Source: Escherichia coli (GTDB lineage Bacteria; Pseudomonadota; Gammaproteobacteria; Enterobacterales; Enterobacteriaceae). Taken from it: DNA of 64,000 nt. Each line of letters begins with the position of its first letter. Position 1 is the stretch's first letter. This document shows positions 19,429 to 29,843 of this stretch, one piece after another. Where the stretch lies: the NCBI RefSeq assembly GCF_017348835.2, contig NZ_CP072315.1; one strand, written 5' to 3'. Below the pieces are notes generated by a model. It was given only the letters and a program-made list of their open reading frames with translations, was not told the DNA's origin and made no database searches. Both the position numbers and the translations under genes were made by a program.

Positions 19429-20244
19429 TTAACGAATTCTTGCGGTTTCTTTTAGCGCCGCCAATACCGCCAGCCCGTCGCGCAAGGGGCGCGGCTCGTG
19501 TGTGCGGATGAAGTCAGCTCCACCTGCGGCGGCGGCAAGCTCTGCAGCGAGTGTCGCGGCCCCGACATCCCCCGGACCACGGCCTGTGAGCGCGCGCAGA
19601 AAGGATTTGCGCGAAACAGACAGAAGCACCGGCAAATCGAAGCGCAGCCGCAATTCATCGAACCGCGCCAGCACCGAGAGCGAGGTTTCGGGAGCAGCCC
19701 CCAGAAAAAACCCCATGCCGGGATCAAGGACAAGGCGGTTGCGTTTGATACCGGCACCCGTCAGCGCCGCGATGCGCGCGTCAAAGAACGCCGCAATGTG
19801 ATCCATGATGTCGCCAGCGGGTGCCTCGCGCCGATCTGCCTGCCCGTCTTGCACCGAATGCATAACGACGAGTTTGGCAGATGATTTCGCCAATTGCGGA
19901 TAGAACGCAGCGTCTGGAAAACCGCGAATATCATTGAGATAGGCCACACCACGCGACAAGGCATAGGCTTGCGTCGCGGGTTGATAACTGTCGAGCGAGA
20001 CGGGAATGCCATCTGCCTTGAGCGCGTCCAGCACCGGCGCGATACGCTCGATTTCTGTGTCGGACGAAACAGGCGCGGCGTCGGGGTTGCTGGATGCCGG
20101 ACCGAGGTCGATCACATCTGCCCCCTCGGCCATCAACTTACGCGCCTGCGCAATGGCTGCGTCTGGCGCCAGATACCGGCCTCCATCGGAGAAACTGTCC
20201 GAGGTTATGTTGACGATGCCGAAAATGATGAGCGATTTATTCAT
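19429..20244 (-). CDS. sul2: sulfonamide-resistant dihydropteroate synthase Sul2
   Basis: 271-aa protein MNKSLIIFGIVNITSDSFSDGGRYLAPDAAIAQARKLMAEGADVIDLGPASSNPDAAPV... Confidence 0.95.
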   Translation of the reverse strand: MNKSLIIFGIVNITSDSFSDGGRYLAPDAAIAQARKLMAEGADVIDLGPASSNPDAAPVSSDTEIERIAPVLDALKADGIPVSLDSYQPATQAYALSRGVAYLNDIRGFPDAAFYPQLAKSSAKLVVMHSVQDGQADRREAPAGDIMDHIAAFFDARIAALTGAGIKRNRLVLDPGMGFFLGAAPETSLSVLARFDELRLRFDLPVLLSVSRKSFLRALTGRGPGDVGAATLAAELAAAAGGADFIRTHEPRPLRDGLAVLAALKETARIR

Positions 20245-20551
20245 GGGGGCTTCTATAATAATAATAATCGAGCATGAGTCTCATACGGATGCTCGGGTCG
20301 AAAGGGAATCCCCAGGCGAGTAACCTGTTTGCGGTGATCCATTAGCTGCAGGAGCAGAATAGCATACATCTGGAAGCAAAGCCAGGAAAGCGGCCTATGG
20401 AGCTGTGCGGCAGCGCTCAGTAGGCAATTTTTCAAAATATTGTTAAGCCTTTTCTGAGCATGGTATTTTTCATGGTATTACCAATTAGCAGGAAAATAAG
20501 CCATTGAATATAAAAGATAAAAATGTCTTGTTTACAATAGAGTGGGGGGGG

Positions 20552-21403
20552 TCAGCCTGCCGCCTTGGGCCGGGTGATGTCGTACTTGCCCGCCGCGAAC
20601 TCGGTTACCGTCCAGCCCAGCGCGACCAGCTCCGGCAACGCCTCGCGCACCCGCTGGCGGCGCTTGCGCATGGTCGAACCACTGGCCTCTGACGGCCAGA
20701 CATAGCCGCACAAGGTATCTATGGAAGCCTTGCCGGTTTTGCCGGGGTCGATCCAGCCACACAGCCGCTGGTGCAGCAGGCGGGCGGTTTCGCTGTCCAG
20801 CGCCCGCACCTCGTCCATGCTGATGCGCACATGCTGGCCGCCACCCATGACGGCCTGCGCGATCAAGGGGTTCAGGGCCACGTACAGGCGCCCGTCCGCC
20901 TCGTCGCTGGCGTACTCCGACAGCAGCCGAAACCCCTGCCGCTTGCGGCCATTCTGGGCGATGATGGATACCTTCCAAAGGCGCTCGATGCAGTCCTGTA
21001 TGTGCTTGAGCGCCCCACCACTATCGACCTCTGCCCCGATTTCCTTTGCCAGCGCCCGATAGCTACCTTTGACCACCATGGCATCAGCGGTGACGGCCTC
21101 CCACTTGGGTTCCAGGAACAGCCGGAGCTGCCGTCCGCCTTCGGTCTTGGGTTCCGGGCCAAGCACTAGGCCATTAGGCCCAGCCATGGCCACCAGCCCT
21201 TGCAGGATGCGCAGATCATCAGCGCCCAGCGGCTCCGGGCCGCTGAACTCGATCCGCTTGCCGTCGCCGTAGTCATACGTCACGTCCAGCTTGCTGCGCT
21301 TGCGCTCGCCCCGCTTGAGGGCACGGAACAGGCCGGGGGCCAGACAGTGCGCCGGGTCGTGCCGGACGTGGCTGAGGCTGTGCTTGTTCTTAGGCTTCAC
21401 CAC
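20552..21403 (-). CDS. repC: RSF1010/IncQ-type replication initiator RepC
   Basis: VKPKNKHSLSHVRHDPAHCLAPGLFRALKRGERKRSKLDVTYDYGDGKRIEFSG... with a GTG start inferred; the supplied ORF extends further upstream. Confidence 0.85.
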   Translation of the reverse strand: MVKPKNKHSLSHVRHDPAHCLAPGLFRALKRGERKRSKLDVTYDYGDGKRIEFSGPEPLGADDLRILQGLVAMAGPNGLVLGPEPKTEGGRQLRLFLEPKWEAVTADAMVVKGSYRALAKEIGAEVDSGGALKHIQDCIERLWKVSIIAQNGRKRQGFRLLSEYASDEADGRLYVALNPLIAQAVMGGGQHVRISMDEVRALDSETARLLHQRLCGWIDPGKTGKASIDTLCGYVWPSEASGSTMRKRRQRVREALPELVALGWTVTEFAAGKYDITRPKAAG

Positions 21404-22106
21404 GGGGCACCCCCTTGCTCTTGCGCTGCCTCTCCAGCACGGCGGGCTTGAGCACCCCGCCGTCATGCCGCCTGAACCACCGATCAGCGAACGGTGCGCC
21501 ATAGTTGGCCTTGCTCACACCGAAGCGGACGAAGAACCGGCGCTGGTCGTCGTCCACACCCCATTCCTCGGCCTCGGCGCTGGTCATGCTCGACAGGTAG
21601 GACTGCCAGCGGATGTTATCGACCAGTACCGAGCTGCCCCGGCTGGCCTGCTGCTGGTCGCCTGCGCCCATCATGGCCGCGCCCTTGCTGGCATGGTGCA
21701 GGAACACGATAGAGCACCCGGTATCGGCGGCGATGGCCTCCATGCGACCGATGACCTGGGCCATGGGGCCGCTGGCGTTTTCTTCCTCGATGTGGAACCG
21801 GCGCAGCGTGTCCAGCACCATCAGGCGGCGGCCCTCGGCGGCGCGCTTGAGGCCGTCGAACCACTCCGGGGCCATGATGTTGGGCAGGCTGCCGATCAGC
21901 GGCTGGATCAGCAGGCCGTCAGCCACGGCTTGCCGTTCCTCGGCGCTGAGGTGCGCCCCAAGGGCGTGCAGGCGGTGATGAATGGCGGTGGGCGGGTCTT
22001 CGGCGGGCAGGTAGATCACCGGGCCGGTGGGCAGTTCGCCCACCTCCAGCAGATCCGGCCCGCCTGCAATCTGTGCGGCCAGTTGCAGGGCCAGCATGGA
22101 TTTACC
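21390..22106 (-). pseudogene. repA: RSF1010-type helicase gene repA, 5'-truncated by IS26
   Basis: Frame ...MLALQLAAQIAGGPDLLEVGELPTGPVIYLPAEDPPTAIHHRLHALGAHL... begins at the IS26 boundary inside the Walker A region; about the first 40 codons are missing. Confidence 0.8.
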
Positions 22107-22926
22107 GGCACTGTTGCAAAGTTAGCGATGAGGCAGCCTTTTGTCTTATTCAAAGGCCTTACATTTCAAAAACTCTGCTTACCAGGCGCATTTCGCCCAG
22201 GGGATCACCATAATAAAATGCTGAGGCCTGGCCTTTGCGTAGTGCACGCATCACCTCAATACCTTTGATGGTGGCGTAAGCCGTCTTCATGGATTTAAAT
22301 CCCAGCGTGGCGCCGATTATCCGTTTCAGTTTGCCATGATCGCATTCAATCACGTTGTTCCGGTACTTAATCTGTCGGTGTTCAACGTCAGACGGGCACC
22401 GGCCTTCGCGTTTGAGCAGAGCAAGCGCGCGACCATAGGCGGGCGCTTTATCCGTGTTGATGAATCGCGGGATCTGCCACTTCTTCACGTTGTTGAGGAT
22501 TTTACCCAGAAACCGGTATGCAGCTTTGCTGTTACGACGGGAGGAGAGATAAAAATCGACAGTGCGGCCCCGGCTGTCGACGGCCCGGTACAGATACGCC
22601 CAGCGGCCATTGACCTTCACGTAGGTTTCATCCATGTGCCACGGGCAAAGATCGGAAGGGTTACGCCAGTACCAGCGCAGCCGTTTTTCCATTTCAGGCG
22701 CATAACGCTGAACCCAGCGGTAAATCGTGGAGTGATCGACATTCACTCCGCGTTCAGCCAGCATCTCCTGCAGCTCACGGTAACTGATGCCGTATTTGCA
22801 GTACCAGCGTACGGCCCACAGAATGATGTCACGCTGAAAATGCCGGCCTTTGAATGGGTTCATGTGCAGCTCCATCAGCAAAAGGGGATGATAAGTTTAT
22901 CACCACCGACTATTTGCAACAGTGCC
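22107..22926 (-). mobile_element. tnp26: IS26 copy 3, standard Tnp26
   Basis: 820 bp with both inverted repeats; tnp26 about 22159-22863 on the minus strand; Gly184. Confidence 0.95.
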
Positions 22927-22984
22927 GCTCCATCAGCAAAAGGGGATGATAAGTTTATCACCACCGACTATTTGCAACAGTGCC
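22927..22984 (-). repeat. 58-bp fragment of the IS26 left end, tandem to IS26 copy 3
   Basis: gctccatcagcaaaaggggatgataagtttatcaccaccgactatttgcaacagtgcc repeats the last 58 bp of the adjacent element. Confidence 0.85.
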
Positions 22985-23105
22985 CTTCAGCCTGCCTGGG
23001 CGAGATCTCCGGCGGACGGATTAACGGCGGAGCTTCGCCGCCTTTCGTGCGTGTGAAGGCCGAAGATAGTTCTCTCAAAAACATCCGTTTATGAGAGATA
23101 CCAAA

Positions 23106-23130
23106 TGTCATTTTCAGAAGACGACTGCAC
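23106..23130 (+). repeat. IRt, 25-bp tni-end inverted repeat of a Tn402/class 1 integron
   Basis: TGTCATTTTCAGAAGACGACTGCAC read directly. Confidence 0.75.
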
Positions 23131-23228
23131 CAGTTGATTGGGCGTAATGGCTGTTGTGCAGCCAGCTCCTGACAGTTCAATATCAGAAGTGATCTGCACC
23201 AATCTCGACTATGCTCAATACTCGTGTG
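23131..23228. other. short tni-module remnant between IRt and IS6100
   Basis: About 98 bp between IRt and the IS6100 end, as in In4-type structures. Confidence 0.5.
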
Positions 23229-24108
23229 GGCTCTGTTGCAAAAATCGTGAAGCTTGAGCATGCTTGGCGGAGATTGGACGGACGGAACGATGACGGATTT
23301 CAAGTGGCGCCATTTCCAGGGTGATGTGATCCTGTGGGCGGTGCGCTGGTATTGTCGCTATCCGATCAGCTATCGCGACCTTGAGGAAATGCTGGCGGAA
23401 CGCGGCATTTCGGTCGACCATACGACGATCTATCGCTGGGTCCAGTGCTACGCCCCGGAGATGGAGAAGCGGCTGCGCTGGTTCTGGCGGCGTGGCTTTG
23501 ATCCGAGCTGGCGCCTGGATGAAACCTACGTCAAGGTGCGGGGCAAGTGGACCTACCTGTACCGGGCAGTCGACAAGCGGGGCGACACGATCGATTTCTA
23601 CCTGTCGCCGACCCGCAGCGCCAAGGCAGCGAAGCGGTTCCTGGGCAAGGCCCTGCGAGGCCTGAAGCACTGGGAAAAGCCTGCCACGCTCAATACCGAC
23701 AAAGCGCCGAGCTATGGTGCAGCGATCACCGAATTGAAGCGCGAAGGAAAGCTGGACCGGGAGACGGCCCACCGGCAGGTGAAGTATCTCAATAACGTGA
23801 TCGAGGCCGATCACGGAAAGCTCAAGATACTGATCAAGCCGGTGCGCGGTTTCAAATCGATCCCCACGGCCTATGCCACGATCAAGGGATTCGAAGTCAT
23901 GCGAGCCCTGCGCAAAGGACAGGCTCGCCCCTGGTGCCTGCAGCCCGGCATCAGGGGCGAGGTGCGCCTTGTGGAGAGAGCTTTTGGCATTGGGCCCTCG
24001 GCGCTGACGGAGGCCATGGGCATGCTCAACCACCATTTCGCAGCAGCCGCCTGATCGGCGCAGAGCGACAGCCTACCTCTGACTGCCGCCAATCTTTGCA
24101 ACAGAGCC
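23229..24108 (+). mobile_element. IS6100 (IS6 family)
   Basis: 880 bp bounded by GGCTCTGTTGCAAA and TTTGCAACAGAGCC; transposase ORF 23254-24054 (...[52 protein letters not shown]...). Confidence 0.9.
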
Positions 24109-24546
24109 CGCCGTGCTAGTCTGCTCGGTGATGGTGGAGTGAAGCCAACCCGCAATCGGGTTATGAATCTGCATCGCGATTCGCAATCAGCTGTCTCTTG
24201 AGCATGTCGAACTCCTGCGATGTTATCTCGCCGTGCTCGTGCTGCTACACCAACTTGTCCAACTCATCCGCCACACCGCTCCCCACCACCTGCGATGGCC
24301 AGGTTGTTTGCTGGGCGCATTGGCGGAGTATCGTCTCGACCCGGGACACCCACACCGGCACAACCTTACGGGAGTGATTCACTGTCAAAGAATCGGCCCG
24401 GTGCTCTGACGCAAGTATCGGGATGGTCACCATTTGTAAGCCGTAGACCTGAGTGGTGATCAAGACTTCGATACCACCGACCGTACCGGTACTAATCGAC
24501 GACGGTCGTGTTCGTCGCCTGCCGCAGGGACTCTGCACACCTCCGT

Positions 24547-25131
24547 TTACGCATGTGCCTGGAGGAGTTGGAAATCGTCGTGTTCGGGAAACATTAAACA
24601 CAGGATGGCAGCGATCTGAGCCAGCACATGATCAGCTAGCTCACCATCCGGATCGACGGCCCACTGCATCGTCGCGCCAGCGATGACCGAGTGCAGGAGC
24701 AACTCAGCTGCCGCAGGAGCACCTGGGGGCAGTCGCTTGCGGATCCCCTCCACCACCGCGCGGTTCCGCTGGATCGCAAGCGTGCGTAGCTCCGGCACCT
24801 GGAGCTCGTACCAGGAGATGAGATAGTTCACCGAGAAGTCGTTGCGAGTGTTCATGCTCCGAACGAGCACCTGCAAAAATTCCCAGAGCCCTTGCGGCCC
24901 TGCGCCTATCGGTATCGCATTCAGGTAATGCCGCACCTGCTCGACGCCGCGCTCCATCATCCTCACCAGCAGCGTATCGCGGTTGGTGAAGCGCTGGATT
25001 AACGCTGCGCGGGAGAGCCCCACCTCCTTTGCTACTCCGCTGAGCGTGAACTCTATGGGACCGCAACGCTTCAGCACTACGGTGGCGGCCTCGAGTACCT
25101 CGTCATCGGACTTGAGCTTGGGGCGGGGCAT
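24547..25131 (-). CDS. mphR(A): TetR-family repressor MphR(A)
   Basis: 194-aa protein MPRPKLKSDDEVLEAATVVLKRCGPIEFTLSGVAKEVGLSRAALIQRF... Confidence 0.9.
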   Translation of the reverse strand: MPRPKLKSDDEVLEAATVVLKRCGPIEFTLSGVAKEVGLSRAALIQRFTNRDTLLVRMMERGVEQVRHYLNAIPIGAGPQGLWEFLQVLVRSMNTRNDFSVNYLISWYELQVPELRTLAIQRNRAVVEGIRKRLPPGAPAAAELLLHSVIAGATMQWAVDPDGELADHVLAQIAAILCLMFPEHDDFQLLQAHA

Positions 25132-26369
25132 CAGTGTTCACCTTCTGTATGGGTTGGGGCGGAGGCTGTGGCTGCCGCCGCCATTGTAGCAAATTGAAGA
25201 CGGAGCGAGAGTAGAGCCACGAGCCCCGCAAACACGGCCGATACAACGAGGCCAGGGAGCGGACCAGCAAGGTCGACAAACGCGCCGGCCGCAAGCATAA
25301 CCATGGGCGAGGCTGACAGCATCACCGCCGAGACCGTGCCGAGTACCCGGCCGAGAAGTTCTGGCGGCGTGCGGTTGTAGATGGCAGCGTTGAGAATGGG
25401 AGAGACTGAGCCGGTCAGCAGTCCCACGAGCGCGCCCAACAACATCAGCACCGGCACGCCTGGCAACTGTGAAAGCAGAAGCGAGCCCACCGCAGAGCCA
25501 CAAAATGCCACCGCCAGCCAGTTCTGCGCTGATATCCGGGCGCCGACCGACGCATGAATGGCAATGCCAAGGAGACCACCAGCCCCCATCATTGAGGAGA
25601 ACAGCCCGAGCTCTGCTACTTGGCGTCCTGCATCTACAAACAGCGCAGGCATGATGACGCTGCCGTTGGCGCCAACGATGCCCACGAAGATCATCACTAT
25701 ACCAAAGAGAGGGCGCAGCAGGGGTTCGCTCCAGAGAAAAGCGACGCCGGCGCGCATGGAGAGAGTCGCCGTCGTGGTCATCGTCCGAGCGGCACGCGCG
25801 GGAAGCACCCACGCGCCGAGCAGACCTGCAAGGACGGAGCAGAACGCCGTCAGCCCGAGCGTTGGCGCAGCGCCAAGCAGGCCGATTGCGGCCCCCCCAA
25901 GGGCCGGGCCACCTAGAATCGCGACGTTCCCGATCACCGCTTTCAGTGACGAGACGCGCTCAACGGAGAGCCCGGCGACGTGGCCGAGTTTGGGCAGCTC
26001 ACTGTCCTGCGCGGCCATACCGGGTGCGTCGAACGCGGCACCGAGCACCACGCAAGCGATCAGCCCAGTGTTCGAGAGGGCGCCAACGGCATCGAGCAGT
26101 GGGATGCTCGCCATGGCCACGCCGCCCACCACACCCGAGATCAATGCGACGGGCGCGCGCCCGAACCGATCGACGAGGCCACCACCAACCCACGCGCCGA
26201 TGATGGTCGCGATGACGCTGCTAGCGGCCGTGGCGCCCGCCCAGGCCGCGCTCTTTGTATGAGACAGGACGAACCATGGAAGCGCGAGGGCCGCCACCGC
26301 GTTGCCGATCCGGAAGAGAAAGGTCGCCGCGAACAGCGTCGCGAGCGGGCTATATCGACGTTCGCTCAT
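25131..26369 (-). CDS. mrx: MFS-type membrane protein Mrx
   Basis: 412-aa membrane protein lying between mph(A) and mphR(A). Confidence 0.85.
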   Translation of the reverse strand: MSERRYSPLATLFAATFLFRIGNAVAALALPWFVLSHTKSAAWAGATAASSVIATIIGAWVGGGLVDRFGRAPVALISGVVGGVAMASIPLLDAVGALSNTGLIACVVLGAAFDAPGMAAQDSELPKLGHVAGLSVERVSSLKAVIGNVAILGGPALGGAAIGLLGAAPTLGLTAFCSVLAGLLGAWVLPARAARTMTTTATLSMRAGVAFLWSEPLLRPLFGIVMIFVGIVGANGSVIMPALFVDAGRQVAELGLFSSMMGAGGLLGIAIHASVGARISAQNWLAVAFCGSAVGSLLLSQLPGVPVLMLLGALVGLLTGSVSPILNAAIYNRTPPELLGRVLGTVSAVMLSASPMVMLAAGAFVDLAGPLPGLVVSAVFAGLVALLSLRLQFATMAAAATASAPTHTEGEH

Positions 26370-27271
26370 TCCGCTGCGGCGAGCTGCGCCTTCGCCGCAG
26401 CGAGGTACTCTTCGTTACCCGAGTCGAGGGCGAAGAGTGCGTAGGTGACCGCCCCGAACGCAAGGCGCTCCGCGATGTGGTGGGCGAGCCGCGGCCACAC
26501 CCGGCCACCGGCCGCTTCATACGTGAGGAGGAGCTTCGCGAGCCCCTCTTCACCAAAGACCATAAGGTGCGCGGCCATGTCGATGGCAGGGTCATCAACG
26601 CGGGCCTCGCTCCAGTCGATCATCCCGCTGACGCGCTCCGTGTTGTCGATGAGCACATGGCCCACGTAGAGATCGCCATGCACCACCACGGAGAAATCTG
26701 GCCACGACGAATCGTCGTCGAGCCAGCGCTGCCACCGGTGGAGGCGCTTGTCGTTCACCACGAACTCGCGTCGGACGCGGTCAACGTCGTCGGCCACCTT
26801 CTGACGGGCCTGCGTCGGTGTACGGATGAGCATCCCCGCATCCACGGCGGCGGAAATGGGGACGGCATGCAGGGCGGCGAGCGCGGTCGCGAAGCTCTCC
26901 GCGAAGACCTCCGAGTCCTGCGGCACGACCCAGTCGGGCGTGGACGAACCAGGCTGGATGACCATCGCAGTCGAGTCTTCGAGCATGGGATAGGCAACGA
27001 GCTCGGCGTTGGCCACGCGCCAGTCCGGCACCGCGAACGGCAGGCGATTCTTGAGCATTGCCAGCACCCGCGCCTCTGGTTCGACCTTCGCGCTTACCTC
27101 GGCTCGGCGCGGGATGCGCAGCACCCACCGACGTCCATCGTCGACGGTGGCGATCACGATCCTATAGTCGAGCCCAAGCTCATTGACAGTCAGCGGGCCA
27201 TGGAGCTTGAGCCCATGTCGGGCTGCAAGTGCGTACAGTTGGGAGGTATCGGCGGTCGTGACTACGGTCAT
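26366..27271 (-). CDS. mph(A): macrolide 2'-phosphotransferase Mph(A)
   Basis: 301-aa protein MTVVTTADTSQLYALAARHGLKLHGPLTVNELGLDYRIVIATVDDGRRWVLRIPRRAEV... Confidence 0.95.
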   Translation of the reverse strand: MTVVTTADTSQLYALAARHGLKLHGPLTVNELGLDYRIVIATVDDGRRWVLRIPRRAEVSAKVEPEARVLAMLKNRLPFAVPDWRVANAELVAYPMLEDSTAMVIQPGSSTPDWVVPQDSEVFAESFATALAALHAVPISAAVDAGMLIRTPTQARQKVADDVDRVRREFVVNDKRLHRWQRWLDDDSSWPDFSVVVHGDLYVGHVLIDNTERVSGMIDWSEARVDDPAIDMAAHLMVFGEEGLAKLLLTYEAAGGRVWPRLAHHIAERLAFGAVTYALFALDSGNEEYLAAAKAQLAAAE

Positions 27272-27340
27272 GATTCACTCCTGAGGGCTTGACGGGTTTA
27301 GCCACCTAAATGTAACAGTCACGTCGGTTATATTCAATCC

Positions 27341-28160
27341 GGCACTGTTGCAAAGTTAGCGATGAGGCAGCCTTTTGTCTTATTCAAAGGCCTTACATTT
27401 CAAAAACTCTGCTTACCAGGCGCATTTCGCCCAGGGGATCACCATAATAAAATGCTGAGGCCTGGCCTTTGCGTAGTGCACGCATCACCTCAATACCTTT
27501 GATGGTGGCGTAAGCCGTCTTCATGGATTTAAATCCCAGCGTGGCGCCGATTATCCGTTTCAGTTTGCCATGATCGCATTCAATCACGTTGTTCCGGTAC
27601 TTAATCTGTCGGTGTTCAACGTCAGACGGGCACCGGCCTTCGCGTTTGAGCAGAGCAAGCGCGCGACCATAGGCGGGCGCTTTATCCGTGTTGATGAATC
27701 GCGGGATCTGCCACTTCTTCACGTTGTTGAGGATTTTACCCAGAAACCGGTATGCAGCTTTGCTGTTACGACGGGAGGAGAGATAAAAATCGACAGTGCG
27801 GCCCCGGCTGTCGACGGCCCGGTACAGATACGCCCAGCGGCCATTGACCTTCACGTAGGTTTCATCCATGTGCCACGGGCAAAGATCGGAAGGGTTACGC
27901 CAGTACCAGCGCAGCCGTTTTTCCATTTCAGGCGCATAACGCTGAACCCAGCGGTAAATCGTGGAGTGATCGACATTCACTCCGCGTTCAGCCAGCATCT
28001 CCTGCAGCTCACGGTAACTGATGCCGTATTTGCAGTACCAGCGTACGGCCCACAGAATGATGTCACGCTGAAAATGCCGGCCTTTGAATGGGTTCATGTG
28101 CAGCTCCATCAGCAAAAGGGGATGATAAGTTTATCACCACCGACTATTTGCAACAGTGCC
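27341..28160 (-). mobile_element. tnp26: IS26 copy 4, standard Tnp26
   Basis: 820 bp with both inverted repeats; tnp26 about 27393-28097 on the minus strand; Gly184. Confidence 0.95.
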
Positions 28161-29282
28161 CGTCGGCTTGAGATGCACATGTTGGCTGAGGTCGCCGGGT
28201 AGCGTGAACAGGCGCGGACCGTCCCGAAACTGGAACACGCGATACAGATGGAATTGATCGCCCGCCTCCTTGGAGAATTCGAGTTCGTTGTGGCTGACCA
28301 AGAAAGACGAGCCTACCCCGCCATTGGTGGTTTTCACCTCGATGAAGCGCTCATGGGCGTCCTCTTCGAACGACAGGATGTCGAACCCCGCACCGTCTCC
28401 CTGGGTGTCGGACACCCAATCCAGCCGCTGAAAAAGCTCTGGGTGGCCGAGCTCGGTCAGGCGTTGCTGTTCGTAGCCAATCACCCACTGCTCCCCTGCC
28501 CGGCCCAGCTTGCGGTTGGCTTCATCGCGAGCGGCATAATCGAACTTTCGCGGTAGGCGTTGCCGTAGAGATGCCGGGGTACGCACAAGCACTTCACGGG
28601 CGGGTGGTTCTACCAAAGCCGCTCGGTAGGTTTTGTCACCCGGAAGTTTTACCTCCTCCAGGGCATCGACAAGAGCGCCGACCGTCTGCTGATGTTCCAG
28701 AACGTAGGCGTGTACGGATTTACGCAGCAGCAGTTGGCTGTTGCCGCGTGGCTTGTAGCCGTTGATATAGGGCAGGCCCAGGGCATCGAGTACGGCGCTA
28801 ATGTTCTGGTGCTTGAGCTCGACTGAAGACTTGCTGCGACCGTTCAGCAGTTGGCGCAGTGCCTGGTTGTGCTCGGACTTGTTGTACGGCTCCCCAGCCG
28901 CCTCGGCACGCAGCATGTCGAAATAGTCTTCGACCGTGGCCAGGACCTCTTCTTCGGACCAGTCTTCGCCGATGCGAATGATGCGAAACCCGAGCCGCGT
29001 CAGCGCCGGAACGACGGTCGCCTCGCCACCGGAGAAGCTGTCAGCAGTGAGCGGGCCCTGCTCGGGAAATTGCTTGCCGAAGGCCACACCGGCGATGGCC
29101 TTGGAATCGCAATCGGTGCCGGTCTTCGGATCACGTACCAGGAAGTCGCGGGACTTGCCGTAGCCGTGGCGCGCCAGGAATTTCGTGCGGCCCAGTTGCA
29201 CGAACTCATCGATGGCAGCCTGCACGGCGGCGGGGCTTCGAAGCTGGGAGAGTTGAGACACAGGGTCCTTCCTTACTGTCAT
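28134..29282 (-). CDS. DUF3883-like (restriction-endonuclease-like fold) protein of unknown function; 3' end replaced by IS26
   Basis: Probable start MTVRKDPVSQLSQLRSPAAV...; C-terminal region FIEVKTTNGGVGSSFLVSHNELEFS...LYRVFQF resembles DUF3883 from memory; last 8 codons (GTVANSRW) are encoded by the IS26 terminal repeat. Confidence 0.5.
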   Translation of the reverse strand: MTVRKDPVSQLSQLRSPAAVQAAIDEFVQLGRTKFLARHGYGKSRDFLVRDPKTGTDCDSKAIAGVAFGKQFPEQGPLTADSFSGGEATVVPALTRLGFRIIRIGEDWSEEEVLATVEDYFDMLRAEAAGEPYNKSEHNQALRQLLNGRSKSSVELKHQNISAVLDALGLPYINGYKPRGNSQLLLRKSVHAYVLEHQQTVGALVDALEEVKLPGDKTYRAALVEPPAREVLVRTPASLRQRLPRKFDYAARDEANRKLGRAGEQWVIGYEQQRLTELGHPELFQRLDWVSDTQGDGAGFDILSFEEDAHERFIEVKTTNGGVGSSFLVSHNELEFSKEAGDQFHLYRVFQFRDGPRLFTLPGDLSQHVHLKPTGTVANSRW

Positions 29283-29843
29283 GGTGTGCCGGGAACCGCC
29301 GAGCCACGAGATTATGAGTAGCCCCTGAACAGAAACGTCACGATAAAAGCCGTGAACGCCACCAGGCCCATTAAATCCCTTGCGTATTTGCAGCCCGTGC
29401 TGTCCAAACCTGTACCAGGTCCGATCAACACGCTCCAACCATTGAGGTACGAAAACACCGCCTGACCGAACAAAAAATGCGTGATAGCCGCCGCAGCCAT
29501 GACGCCGGAATCGTCAGACAGGCTGTAGCTGTTGACCATTGCCCTGTACGCCTGCATCTGAAATGGCTATTGCCCTGATGGGAGCCGGCTTTTCAGCCAC
29601 CGACACCAGCGATGCCGTCAATATTCTTTACCCGATAACCATGACCGTACAAGCTAACAAGGCCTGGCAAGCCAGCGGACTTAAAAAGTCTTTTTTTCTA
29701 CCATCCCACAAAAAAGTTCGTGGTGGAGAAAAGATAAGCTATGCAAGGCTTTAGGAGACGTGGTTTTTCAGGATGACGAAGAACGATTCGGCGCTAGGTG
29801 CAACATAGGTGCATCGCACGAGCGCTAGGAACGGCGAAAAAAG

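Noticed and set aside
20552-21502. 316-aa extended RepC ORF starting MAHRSLIGG
   Set aside because: RepC alignment begins at VKPKNKHS (GTG start near 21403); the extension overlaps the repA 3' end.
21291-22268. 325-aa ORF spanning repC, repA and the IS26 end on the plus strand
   Set aside because: Antisense to repC and repA and runs into IS26; artefact of high GC content.
23215-24036. 273-aa ORF antisense to the IS6100 transposase
   Set aside because: Antisense frame within IS6100, not a known gene.
25558-26262. 234-aa and similar ORFs antisense to mrx
   Set aside because: Composition-driven frames inside the mrx gene.
26255-27292. 345-aa ORF antisense to mph(A)
   Set aside because: Fully overlaps mph(A) on the opposite strand in a GC-rich region; Arg/Gly/Pro-rich, no motif.
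28134-29438. Full 434-aa ORF as the DUF3883-like protein
   Set aside because: The first 52 codons look non-protein-like and the better start is MTVRK at 29282; the last 8 codons are IS26-encoded.
29312-29557. 81-aa ORF between the DUF3883-like gene and the tRNA
   Set aside because: Overlaps the upstream end of the DUF3883-like ORF in another frame, with no start context or motif; left uncalled.
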